Below, in pieces: positions 49,181 through 63,763 of a stretch of 64,000 nucleotides of DNA. Under the pieces are notes generated by a model. It was not told the DNA's origin, ran no database searches, and saw only the letters and a program-made list of their open reading frames with translations. Source of the stretch: Raillietiella orientalis. Its lineage: Eukaryota. The stretch spans positions 682,001 to 746,000 of the forward strand of contig JAYWIR010000019.1 of the NCBI GenBank assembly GCA_036172245.1, written 5' to 3'. Each line of letters begins with the position of its first letter. The first letter of the stretch is position 1. The position numbers and the translations under genes were made by a program.

Positions 49181-52100
49181 TATGATAGCTTTGTATTGGC
49201 AAAGTAAATCCAAGAACCTTCAAAGATGTGTCCACCCAAAGGAACCATTTTTCAAATAAGTTTTTGAAGTCCAAATTGCTAATTCATCTTTTTAAATACC
49301 CTTTCATGAGCTACTCGATTTTTTTTTTTTTTTTTTTTTTTTACTGCGATTGTGTACAAGAACGCTGATTAATAATCCTTGTAATAATTAATAATTTATT
49401 AATAAACCAACTAATCGTATTTCATGATAAATTGATCTATTGATGCTAAATAACAGTACCCACACGAGACTCTCTAGCTAATTATAATAGTCACATTGAA
49501 GAAGAGATGTGAGAATAGAATCTCAGTTCAGGCACCAATAAATCGAATGATTCTGAAATAATGATTGCAAAATAGAGAGCATCCTAAATTGACATCCTGA
49601 GTGATCTTTAGCTCTCCTGAATTCCAGTAAACAGATGAAGAAAATACCATACTGTTTCTAAGAACAACCCACTCAATCTGTGAATGGCGAGTCTAAAACA
49701 TGGAAAATAGGTAACTTATTTCTGAAAGGCGATTAATGATAATGGGTATCATTTATTTCATGCTTCCATAAAGATTAGGAAGAATGATTTGATCAGTGAA
49801 TAAGCATTGGAAATGTGAAATGCACTAAAATGGAAGCTGCATTTTCGTGGATTGTCTAATTCCTAAAATCTAGTCAGCTTTCTTACTTACAATGGAGACT
49901 TAATACACTGCCAAAAAGTGATTTCTGGCAAATCAAAACCTCTTTTACCAAATCGACTGAAATTTCGTTGGAAATTTCCACTGAGAGTTTTCAAGGACAC
50001 GAGTATGGCGATAAGCAAGGCCATTAGCAATGACATTAGCCGTGTCGTGATTACCGTCAAAGATTTGTCATAGCTCTGTAATGGAACGAAATCGGAAGAG
50101 CGTTGTGCACTGAAATATCAAGGCAGCGGAAGCAAAAGATTGGAGATAATAGTTTCGACTCATACTTTAAAACATTGCGAAAACACATTATTTTTGCACA
50201 GAAACACGAAATCACATACCCAGCACTCTTTCCAGGAAGAAAGGAGTACCAATAATCCATTTATTCTTTTCACCGTTTCCGGTTGTCATTCCATCTCACA
50301 ACACCTCACAGTTTAATACGATTTCACCAACGCATATTCAAAAGGGAAATTTCAAATAATGGGATAGTAAGAGGAATTTCCTGATCTCTTTTGTAAGGTT
50401 ACCTAGTAAGGAGAGTTTGTTACTTATTGCCAATCCTATCTCACCATAAACTTCATGCAGAACTCGTTCTCACTCGTATTACTTTCATCATTTTTTTCGT
50501 GTTTCTCTACATTCTTCTCCCCGCAAGCTAAAATGGTGTTTCTGACAGTTAACCGAATTTTTCTGGATATGAAACACTATTTTCATAAGCATGAAGGAGA
50601 GTGAAGTAGCAGTAAATTGCTTTTCTAAGGGAATACTTTCTTGCATTCGCTGTTGGGAATAGATATTTTGAAAGATAAGCAGCATGCCTTTTTTTTTTTC
50701 TTGCATAAATTCGAGGATGTTTCATACTCTTGACTCTTTTTCTCGTTCACCCGGAAGTTTTTTTGCAAAGTTCCAAGCAGCTAACCGTGGACAGTGGACA
50801 CAAGCTGGCCACTGTCGAGTTCTTGACACACCGGGCAGTTGCCACACTTCCGTTCATCTTTTTTTCCAAATATTTTTGGAACTTGGACTTCCAGAACTTC
50901 ATAGAATGAAGTTCTGGAAGTCTTCGAGACCATTTGCACTTCTGTATGTGTGATCAAAAAAAGAATCTCAGATTCCTCTTTTTTAAAAGCAGTAATGGTT
51001 TTTGTTATACTCAGTGTCACATACTTCCTTCGAATCATTTTACTTGCTTTTTAATTTTTTCATAGCTCATTCACCCGTGCACATTAATGTCCTGAATGTA
51101 CATGAAGGAATATGTACATACCAAAATGAGAAAGAAGCAATTGTTAAGTTCTTCAAGCAACAAACATTAACGTATTCTGACTCTCATACGTGTTGAGTTT
51201 CTAATTTCTATGCTTTTGATCTTTACTGCTGTCCTCAAACATCTCACTATCACTTCATATTCTTCGAAAACCTGCTGAAATTCAAAAAAAAATGGAAGAT
51301 ATAGATCGATTACTAAGAACTGGACAGTTTTCCATGGCAACATTTCTTTTGCATACAAGTTATGTTTCATCTAGAGATAGCTCCAATCATCTGCTCTCTA
51401 GAGTGTTCTCAGAAAATCCGCAACAGAATTCTCTAATCTGAGTATGTGTCCTGGGTCATTTAAAAACTGAAAAGAGCATATCCGTTAGGAAGAGATTCTC
51501 CGAGGATCTTTTGCACACCACTGTTCTGGCTAGTGGAACAGTTGCTCTCCACAAAAAACTCCGTGTAAGTATGATCTCTATAATCCTAACAAATCCTCTG
51601 TTGTCTGTGGACTTCTTGCACCTTGTACTTTAAATCATATACAGCTTAGCTCTAATGACAAAGAAATTCACTAAACTTATGTAAATTTTCCACAGAAGAA
51701 CAGGAATATGGAAAATAAAGTGGACCATAGTGGCAGTGGAATATTTTTAGAGATCAAATAAAAAAAAAAAGCAGACATTTTCAAATTTTAGAGCTGCCTA
51801 ATTTTTTTTCAAGAAAACTTCCTTTTTTTTTTTAATTCACCATATAGTTTGTTTCATTAGTAAATGTGCATATTTTAACGTAAAGAATAAGCCGACATCT
51901 CACTTTGATCCACTTCTACATTGTATTCTGCTGCAGATTCGGAATTAGGACCATATGGGTTTTCTTTTGCTAGTTTTGCTGTTGGGATAGATTGCACAAT
52001 CGCTTTGCATTTATGGGTCCTTAAGACATGCATTTCGTAGCCTCAATTTGTTTTGAAATAAGTCTCAGACTAGTCTTGTGCACTTTAGCTTCCACACATT

Positions 52101-53715
52101 TCTTTGTGCACTTTGCACTCGTTGCTTGAATGTAAAAACAATCAGTTCGAATGAATAACTCATTCTTTTGATATTCAGATCTGTTACCTCTTTTTTTTCT
52201 CTGGCACCTCAAAATTTCTTGGTGTCTCATTGCATCTTTCTTTAATTAGCAGCGACTCATACATACAAAAGGTCCATTCGTTTTTCTTCTAGAAATTCAA
52301 ATAATTCAGCAACATTCAAGTTAATGTGTCACTAAATGTATCATTGTAAGACTGACAAAGGAACTATAAGCTAAAAGTTTTTTTCGATCTTGGTAACACA
52401 AATTGTGATTGAAGATGAGCTAGGTTTAACCAGATGCATTAAATTTGTATCTCCTGTATATGGAAAGAGAGAAAGAGAGAATAAATAAGAAAAGGAAGGA
52501 ATTATAAAATTCTTCAAATCATTATGATATAGAGATGACTTTTAAAATGGACTAATTCAATGACTGGGCTTAGAAATACATATTCTATGAAGGAGTAGTA
52601 GGACTTGCGAAAAGGAAAAATTTTAATGGACGAATTGATGCTAAATGAATTTGGATAAAAGGGGAGTAAAATCCAGATGTTTCAGGACATTTAATGCATT
52701 AATAGGACTAATAGCATAACTTGATTACCAATTTAACGGATAGCAGAAAATTAAATTCTATTAGAATATGAACTCGGAAATATTCACACTATAGGAGTAT
52801 GTTAATCTCATTATAATATAGCAAAACCAGATTGAAAAAAAAACATCATAGCTAATTTGAGTAAGAAGGGAGGAAAAACATGCATCATACAAATTCTACA
52901 TTTTCGCTATTCATTTGCAAATATTGGTTTGCAGACAAGAAACAGAATCGTGATTGTTTCAGATTGATATTAATTTCTGAAAGGACTCTTGCATATCACA
53001 AAATGGGAAAAATGAAAAATTGCTTTAATGAAAACGTGCTGAAAAATTAAATTAAACTTCCAACACGAAGAAACTGAACTTGAGAAACTACGTAATTACA
53101 TTCAAAACTTAAACTATTATGTTTTTATTTAAGACCGCCTGGGAACCCAGGGTTATCTAGACACTTTCAAGGATAAAATTGTGTATGACAATTTTGTAGT
53201 CAGTAAGAGGAAATCAGCTGTGCGATTGCTAGTTGTGTAGATCGATTTTATTTCCTTTGTTCGTAATTAGAAATACTAAAAATCACTCTTATTTGCTTAT
53301 TGATGAAAAGAAATTCTCACTTTATCAAACCACTAGCTATATTAAAGCTATGTGGCCGATTTCTGGAAACATTGTAATTCACTAACGGTAGTTTAAAATT
53401 CTCTATCGGAATTAATGATTGGTATTCCTGAAATACGAAATCTATGTGGTTCGGTTGGGTGTAGTACTGTTGATTCCTAAATGATGACAAATGGGTTCTG
53501 TACAATAGCTTCGAAATCCGAAATATATACCGTAGTCCCTCTCTGTGGACATCAGGTCATTTGAATTTGGGGACTGCGTTGCTCGTCTCTCCCACTGCAT
53601 TTATTTGAAATCACATATTTCATAAGCACGATGACTTTCACCGCAATTGATTATTATAAATATCCGATAAGTGTTTTTACTTTTCAGTAAGTAGGTGTGT
53701 TATATAAGTCTGGAG

Positions 53716-55081
53716 ATGGTGAACTGTGAGAACTTTGATAGCTCTGACTATTGCGATAGCATTCTTGAAGATCATTCCAGAGTTCCGAAATGCAAGCCTG
53801 TAGTTTTTCGTGAAATTCAAAGGTACTCCTTTTATGCAAATTCGTTCTTACCATACTTTTTTAAAGAGAAAAAGAGAAATTGGAAGTGGAAGTGCTTTCC
53901 CTAAAACAAGCACTGGTTAATATGCAAACGAGAGAGAGCATAGCAGCCCTTAAAGTAAAATCTGCTCTAGACCTTTGTGAACAAGCACAGTCAGAAAAAC
54001 TCCAGGTACATTCAAAGCCTGCACAAGCAATTGCAATTTGATTAACATTTGTATCAATGATGCATTAATGAATCTTAAATCTTGAGTTTTCATTTTGAAG
54101 CAAGCATGCTAAACTTAAGTAAACTTTTTAAGGCAGAAAATGAGAACTTCAAACTAAAAGAAGAAATTTCCAAGCAAGAACAAAGGATAAGTCAAATTAT
54201 TATGGATATGAAGAGTAGACTAGAGGATAACTGGAAGCTAACTAAAGCAGAATATGAGAAGAATGTAGAAGATCTCAAAGCAGAATTGAATAAAAAAGAG
54301 AATGTGATTATTTCTCTCATGTCAACAATAGAAGAAGAAAAATTAAGTAAAACTCTTCTAGCAGCCGAATATGAAAAAGCACGAAATCAAATAAAGGAAA
54401 TACAGCAATCTGCTTTAAAGACTTCTGGTTGGCTATATTTAACCTCTGATTTTGCACTTCCTGCTAACTTTTTTATCAGATGATTTGCAAATGCAAATAT
54501 CAACTTTGCAGTGCAATCATTTAAAGGAGTTACATAAAATTACTTTATCTCAGGTTGCCTCTGATCATCTGATACGGTCCTTAAGAATTGAGATCGAACA
54601 GCTCAAGGTAAAGGACATTGTAAAATTTTGTATTCATATTTCTGAAGACAGAAAGAAACAGCTTGTATGGTCGGATAAAAAACTTGGAAACTTATCTTTT
54701 GGACAGTAAGAAAGAATGTATGACACTTACTAATCAGCTGACTAATTTAAAAGAAAAGGTAAGCTTGTGCCATTTACAGTGTATTCAGATTTGAAAGTTA
54801 GAAGATGGATGATCAAGAATTTGGTAAACTTCGTACAGATGATTTTAAATTGATGTTGAGTAAACTCAAAGCTTCAGATTTTCAGTTTGAAGATAGACTG
54901 AAGTCTACTTTTCATAATTATCGTATGTGAAAAATTCTTAAAACATCTTTTGGATTTTTTTATTTCAGAATTATTTTTGCGAGATGTAGATGAAATTATT
55001 GAAAGTCAGCAGCAAATTATACAGGATTTGAAAAACGAGAACATGAATACTCTGGAAAAGTTTAAAGAAATACATGGATAG
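53716..55081 (+). CDS. SDCCAG8: coiled-coil protein, SDCCAG8/CCCAP-like (304 aa as modelled)
   Basis: Exons 53716-53822, 53867-54005, 54133-54427, 54480-54607, 54648-54758, 54802-54823 and 54969-55081 give an open 915-nt CDS. EKEKLEVEVLSLKQALVNMQTRESIAALKVKSALDLCEQAQSEKLQA resembles the SDCCAG8 core as I recall it. The gene is well supported; the name is moderately supported. Confidence 0.65.
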
Positions 55082-55249
55082 ATAAGCACCTACCGGTCAC
55101 ATGAATTATATGCCAATGGCAATTATAAATAATTTTTATTTAAGTACCTTTGTAATGGCTTGCCATGAGGAGTATTCAGCTTGTATTGCAAGAAATACAT
55201 GTCACTATCTACATATTTGGATCTTTTGCTTGGTCTGTTTGGTTTGAAA

Positions 55250-58200
55250 AAATTTCTTGATTCCAGATAACAATAACAGAAAAAAGACTGAATTGGTAGA
55301 GTTGCTTGAGGTGAAAATTATGATCGTAATAACAGATGGCAATTTAGAGATAAGTTGGAGTTGGGTACCTGGGTTATCATTAGCAGAACATGAATGCATT
55401 GCTGCAATCCTGGACTTCTGTTTATTTGTGTTGAGAAGCACCCAATGATCTCCCTTATTATTGAATTTCTTTAATAGTGCAAAACTGAAAGTAATATGAA
55501 TGCTACAACTTGATTTTTGCAAAAATTGCAAACTGAAGATTGGGTATCTGTATGATATAAACAATGCATTTTTGGATAATGATGAAATGGGTAAAAGTCC
55601 TGAGTATAAAAAAATGTCTGAGAACTTAGAAACAAAAGTTATATCAAGCATAGCAAATACTAATAAAATATCGTGATAGCACAGTCTTTCATGTAAACTG
55701 ATGGAAAATCTTAAATAGACTTGTTTGTCTAACCCATAGTTTTAGGAAAATTAACTAAGTTCCGATTTTTTGCACTACCTCAACTCATGATTTTTCTTTT
55801 TTTCTCTTTGAAAAAAATACCTCGCATTTGACCTAATTAAAACAAATAATGGATAAAAGTATACTTTCGTTTTTATATTTCTTGTTTACAAACGATTTCA
55901 TCTTCCTATCGAAAGCTCATTACACCATATGGTCATATGGTGGTTTTTGTCGCAACAGTTATGCATCAGGAAAAAGTACCAACTTTAGTAGAATCTTGGA
56001 GAAACAGCTGTTCATTTCAGATTACCGCAGCTCATAAATGTTTATATAATCTCCTGGCTCATACTTCTGGATTGCTGAAATTTGGTTCTGAATAGATTTC
56101 AGATTATTAGTAATGTAATAGTTCAGATTTCAGTTTATTCAATGGTTTTAGCTTCATAGTAAATCTCACAGCCCCAACAACATTGTCATTGGTGTCAACA
56201 ACATTGGTTTATAACGTTATTCGCAAAACGATAAGATCGGCAAAAAAAGGACAACCAACAGCCTCCATTAAAGCACCTGTTGGATGAATTTTAGAAGTTC
56301 TAAAGTTCGTAGTGATCCCGTTCGTATCTGATGATCAGCAATGTACAAAGTCCCGTGAACGGCATCCAAAGATTCCATGCCCCCCATATCTCTCGACTGC
56401 GATAGAATGAATCCAACTCGCGCTCTCAGAAGAAAAAAACCAGGCAATCTAAATAAACCATATTTGCGAGAGATAACGATTTGTGAATGCCTCAAGGTTT
56501 GGAGAGATTTTTTATACAACAAAAACGCACTGCTGCTGCCGGCGCCAGCGCTGCACCAACCACCTTCCATAGCCTTTGTTATCAGGTTGATATTGCATGG
56601 CTGATAACGTTTCCTACGAAACACGAAGCATTTGGTGCGTTGGTCCACCATTGCATTTAACATGAACATGCAATCTGGCACGTTCACTGCTGCCAACGAG
56701 TGCGGCCGCTGCCATTATAAAATCAAGATTCATATCTCTTTTTTCCCCCTTTGCTTCCAGCTGCAGAAACGAAGACATGAATGCATCGCTGTCTCCATTG
56801 CGTGAATATTTTCCAAAAGCAGTGTGTTGAATGATTTCCTGAATTCCATGGCAGGGCTGTGGAATTTACTCATCTTCTAAGTCAGGTGCTATGGTGGTGA
56901 ACATCCCACATAACTTGGCGAGGGCAGTTTCGAAAAGTCAAATGAAATCCACATGAAACTTCAGTAAGAAAAAACGATTCGTCTAACAAGAATCAGTACG
57001 GTTCTTATCACATAAGTGACCTTGTTTAAAAATAGTCCTCACAAGAGTTGTTCATTTTCAGTATTCCATAGCAGCTACAGGGAATGAACAGACGTTTGTG
57101 GATTTTGAGTTAGACACTTATTGTGTTGTTCATCTGGATTATTGAGGAAAGACATGTTCACAATTTAATGATCGGGAAGCATTAGTTCGGAGTTGGCCTT
57201 AAATTCATTGTGAATCACGTCCAAAACGTGCAACAAGGTTTGCAATGGAATTTCGGTGATCCCAAAAATGTCTATGAGACCAAGACCGACTTTATTGGTC
57301 ACGATAAATCCCACATCATGAAATGAATACACACATTAATTCTTGGGATGTAGTATAAATCCTAGCCTTCCGTACATATCATTTGTTCCTAAGGAAAAGG
57401 GTCTCAGAGGTGTATTGAAGAGTCAAACTAGACAACGAAATTGGCTGAAAATAAGAGAGTCATTCAAGTGATTGATCCACAATTCATTGATTGACAGTTT
57501 AGAACTGAGTACAAATCTAGCATGTCAACCACCGAGTCTTGAAATTCTTCCAATACCCAGCCACTAGTACTATTAACATCTAAACGAAATCTAAGCACAG
57601 AGAACTGAATTTGTGCAAATAAGTGAGCTTATTGGAATTCCATAAGCAACTTATCCACTAAGACATCTGTGCTATGGACGATTCATTTCTTAAATTTAAA
57701 ATTCATCCATATCATCTTTGAAAGGAAACATTGAAAATTGCGATTGACCGATTTCAATGTTCGAATTGTTCGCATCATCATTTAAATCTGATAAGATCAT
57801 TAGAATCTGCAGTCTAAGGTTCTAGAAGGAAATTTCTGCCATTTTCACTATAACCACCAATCATACAGCTATTTGGTTGTAGAGTAAACGTGTAGTAGTT
57901 AGCACACTAATATATCATAAAATGATAGCTGAAAATACGATAAGTCTTCCTGGAATCTTCCTGTTTCCTCTATTTCGCTCTACGCAACTAGTGGAATATT
58001 GCACAGAGGATACTCTGTGCAATTTTAATCCCATGAAGAGATGAGCAATTGCATTGCTTCACTAAAAGTAATTCAGAAATAATAGCTGAAACTGCATTAA
58101 TATTACTGAGATCAGCATTAGTCACGTGCTTATCTTGTTAAGGACGTATTAAGAGGATGGATTCCTTTTCTGCACTAACAGCTGTGCTGTAAAATGGAAG

Positions 58201-58500
58201 CAAGAGAAGTGCACACCATCTACTTGAATTTTCAAACGCTGAATTCAGTGCCATTTTATATGCTGTCTGGTGGCTGCTACAAGAAATCGAAGATACTGTG
58301 CAAGAACTAAGAGGAAACTTGTGATTTATTACGTTTATATTCCATGCAAAGCATGGGTTAGATCTCATAATATTGAGTCCCTAGAGGTTCTAAAGGCCAT
58401 TCATATGAAAATGAGTAGCAAGTTTGTCGTGAAACAGTGATAAACTCAACATGAAGGTAATAGACCATCCTTGTGTTAGTAACGTATTTCACATAGTACA
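55250..58500 (-). pseudogene. heavily decayed cadherin-repeat gene (Fat/Dachsous/protocadherin-like)
   Basis: Minus-strand remnants: SVLTTTRLL (~57882-57910), ILSDLNDDA (~57771-57797), LDVNSTSGWV (~57553-57583), LNDSLIFSQ (~57440-57470), LHVLDV (~57215-57232), NVVDTNDN (~56181-56205), IHVL-ANDNP (~55370-55395), then a hydrophobic stretch. Many stops and frameshifts. Confidence 0.55.
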
Positions 58501-59149
58501 GCACCAAATACATAGTAGGTTTCCCAGCTAAATTCCTTTCGATGCGTAGTGAGAAAACAAATGGCTTTGGTTATTTCTTTCTACATTAATATCCTGGAGC
58601 ATCATATACTACTTTCGTAGCTTGAAATTTAATTTAAACAACATACCAAGTCATGCAAGTGTTTATTTCGAAACCTCAATTTTCCAAACCAAATCATGAC
58701 AAAACACCGTAAAGAACACATTTGAAAAAAGACGATCTTGTAAATTCCAATTGTTCACCGAGTAGATGCTTACGTTGATGAGATAAAAAAAAAATTTACA
58801 GTCACAAAATCCAAAACAAATGAGAGTTTGGTTAGTACATTTTCCTGTGGTACTTTCAAACGTGTAATCAAGACGAGCTAGTGATGTGCCAAGTACTGAA
58901 CCTGGCAATGCTCAGTGCTCATTCAGTGTTGGTGATCCGGAAAGTCGGTACCCATTGAGCTTCGTCCTTCTCCAGCATTCTCCGATCGCAACATTCTGAG
59001 ATCTTCGAAGCTGTGGCCCGGGTGTGTCGTCCTGCAAGGAATCGGAAGGCTCACCTGACCTGTTGCAGGTGGCACAGACTCTGTTTTCGGAAATGAAGTT
59101 GTCCAGTCTGCCCATCGCTACGCACCCGACGAGGCACTCCTCGTGATTT

Positions 59150-59900
59150 CGTCACGAGGGCTGGAAAATAAATTACTCGTGGAATGGAGGTGCACTTTTA
59201 GTGTTCGCCTCGAACTCTCGCTGCCACGTTTAGGACGTTTTCGTGTCTCGTCTCTCCTCGCGTCTCGTAGCGGGGAAGAATCTCAAATCAGCGGCGCTGT
59301 TGACAATCCCAGCGTTCGCGGGGGTGTGCCTCGATGGGTGTGGGCGGTCCACAAGCCACCACGGTCCGATGCAACCGGGTCGCAGCTTGCAGCTTGCAGT
59401 GTGCTGCTGCAATGGTTTGGGTGGGTGGGGGGGGGGGCCGCGGCTCTTCCGATTTGCATTCCGCTGATGCGGCGGCGGACGACCCCGGCGGGAGATTCCA
59501 GCCGATGACTAACCGCCCGCAACGTTTCTGGAATACGGGGAGGTCTCCCCCGTGATACAAAGTAACAGCCGTCGCCGCCGCAAGTGCACCGTCGACTTTC
59601 GTGGACGCGCCATCGTCCCGAGCACTCGCTCGCGCGGGGGGGTGGGGGGGGGGGGAATGTGGCGCGGAGTCCCTGACGAAGTGGCGCTTTTGTTCGAGCG
59701 GGCTGAGGGCGCCGCGCGACGTCGCGCCCCGGTGGCTCCGGTGCGCGCAGCGCGGCCAGCGGCGCCGGTGGCGCGAGGGGAGTGTGGGCGGGACGGAGAC
59801 GGAGAGACCGTAAGAGGTTCACGTTTTTGGTACAGGAAGAGGCGTTGCACGTGTGCACATGAAACTTCTGCTTTGAGCTTCCGTTTCTCGCCCTTCTGGA
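59150..59900 (+). promoter_or_regulatory. CpG-island-like promoter / first exon of the LYPLA gene
   Basis: Sharp GC/CpG-rich island in an AT-rich domain ~600 bp before the LYPLA ATG; donor-like ACC|GTAAGA near 59810; long G-runs. Confidence 0.5.
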
Positions 59901-60486
59901 AAGCAATCCGTGAAACTGAGTATTTTCATAGTTATGCCCGGGATACTTGGTATTACTATTATTATTATTGTTGCTGTTATTGTAATGAAAGCTCATAGTG
60001 TGCCTTTAGAACAGTTGTTCTGGAACGTGATTCGGTTTGTGCGTCCGAGTGCTGAATGTGTATACTTCCAGTTTTCTTCTTCTTCTTCTTCTTGCTGAGT
60101 GTAATCAAATAGTTTTTGGCCGATTATGACTAGAGAGAGATCGATGTTTGCCACAGTTTTGTTGGGTCATTTGTTAATTGGTTTTCGATTCGGTTTGTTT
60201 TGGTTTTTGACTTGAGTGATAGGGATTTTTCCAACATTGCGACTATGTGCCGGCTGAACCAGCGTGTACTTTGTGTCATTTGAAATGGGATCATTGACAA
60301 AGAATTTCAGTTTCCATGGTTTTGTAATGTTCAAGTGCAATCTGTTTACTTGAAATCCCCGTTTTGATGCCATTTTGTAATTAATGCCAAGTAATTATTG
60401 TTTCAGCACGATCTTTGTGTTTCAAAAAATTCGGGGTAAAGAAAGAGTTTCAGTATTTTACGTACAGAAACTACCCAAACCTAAAC

Positions 60487-61828
<1,342 letters not shown>

Positions 61829-63763
61829 ATATGATAGACTTGGCTACTTTGTAAAAGTATTTTTAATTCAGACTGCATAAAGTTTTGATGTGTCTCATTT
61901 GTGTCATACTTATGAATTTGGATGCAACATCATGTTGCTCATAAATGATTAGAAATATAAAGAAAAATGAAATGAAATCAGGAAGTAATTCTTTTCCTAG
62001 TTAATTCAGGTGAATAAAAGGTGAATAGAAATGATTCTTTGAATTAATGTTTTCCCCACCCCCTTCCTTCAACAATATTTTGTGAAGTGCTGCAAAAGTA
62101 CGAATGGTTATCATTCTGAAAATTTTTCAACAGTATTTGTTGCTCAAGAAGTTCATATTTATTCATAAAACTAGATGTCATTTATCAATTTAATTTATGT
62201 AATGATAACTAATGATGTACTTATAATCTGATTTAGTAATGATAAATTATGTTTTCCAAAAGTATGACTGCGTTACCTATAATTTTTTTTTTTATTAAGA
62301 AAAAGTGATCATTAATAAGCTATTTGATATATAGTAGATTAGTCCAGAATAATTTCATGAATGCATAATGCAGTGCTGAAGTGTTACTTAAAATCAATTA
62401 TTGTGGATTGGTGTGAATTATGCATCCACAGATGTGCATCATATTGATTTTAAAATGTATTTTGCATTTTTTTAATTGTGAGCATATGAGTAAATAAATT
62501 GTTGCTTTTTGTTGTACTTTGCAAAACATTATTTGTTGAACTAGAGTTGTTTAAAAGTGATAAATTATTTTTGTCATCACGTGTATTTTCGTGGACTCAT
62601 CAAAAACAATTTGTTATTTGACCATTTAGTTGTATGCATGGCATTAACAGTCCTCAAAGTTTATTAGACAGTTGTTTTGTTTTTGTGATCAATGGCTAAT
62701 TTCCTAGCAGCATCACAGCACATATGTCCTTAAACCTATCCAGAATCTTGAACATTGAACCAAAGGAATTCCAAGTGTTGCATCAAACAATATCATCAAA
62801 ACTGATATCTCATCAAAGAAAAATCCATAGTTGGAATGTTTAGAGAATTTGAAGCTGAGTTTGCCCATTGTGAATATCTGGTATACAATTTGTGAATCTC
62901 AGGTTATAGCAAAGTGTTCAGTTGGTTTTCTGTTCAGTTCAGTGTTTTAATAATAGTTTTATCAAAAGATGACAGAAACCCATCTTCCTTGTCAGCCTGA
63001 TTTTCAAGCACCACTACCCTTGCAAGTGTAGTTTTTTGGCTTCTGACTAGGAAATCTGCAAATGCTGCATTCTAAAGCCAGTATTCTCCACATTTGTTTT
63101 GCTATTCAATGTACATTATAGTTATCACTTGTGAAGACCTCTACTGACATTTTGAGCATAACATAATTGTAGCTTCTAAATTTAGCTTTCAAATAGCTGT
63201 TTGCAATCCTTTGCTCAGATTGGTTTCTTTCCCTTTGCAATTACATTTTTACATGTATGTTTCGAACATGGTTAATTTCTAACTGTAATTCATTACTTCG
63301 TACAGTTGTGTTTGTATTTTGATTTTTTGTTACTCTATACCAAAATTCATAGTTATATATTATTACTGTAAGCTTTGACATATCATATATTATTCCTGCT
63401 GGACTATTGTGTGATAGTGTGTGTGCTCCTTTATAATCACTGGAAATTTGGAAGAAAAAAAATACCTTCCAGTCTCACGAAATCAAATTTGAAAAGTGAA
63501 AACATTAAGGACCTCTTTGGTGTTTACTTACAGATAGTGCATTTGAGACTACAAAATATCTTTAGTTGTTTTCTGCAAGTTTACACCAAAATGTACATCA
63601 CTTCCATATGCATGGTATGTGAATATGTAACATACCTACTAAACAGATGCTTTTGTTCTGTTCATTTGGTTTTATTTTTTTACATTAGTAACATGGAGTG
63701 GAATTTTCGAAAACTATTTTTCTTAAATGAAATAATACCTTGTATTAATTATATCTCAAGAGT

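Noticed and set aside
62660..63120. TWNSFGSMFKILDRF on the minus strand, resembling the hAT transposase RWNS motif
   Set aside because: One motif among many stops; no TIRs or TSD found.
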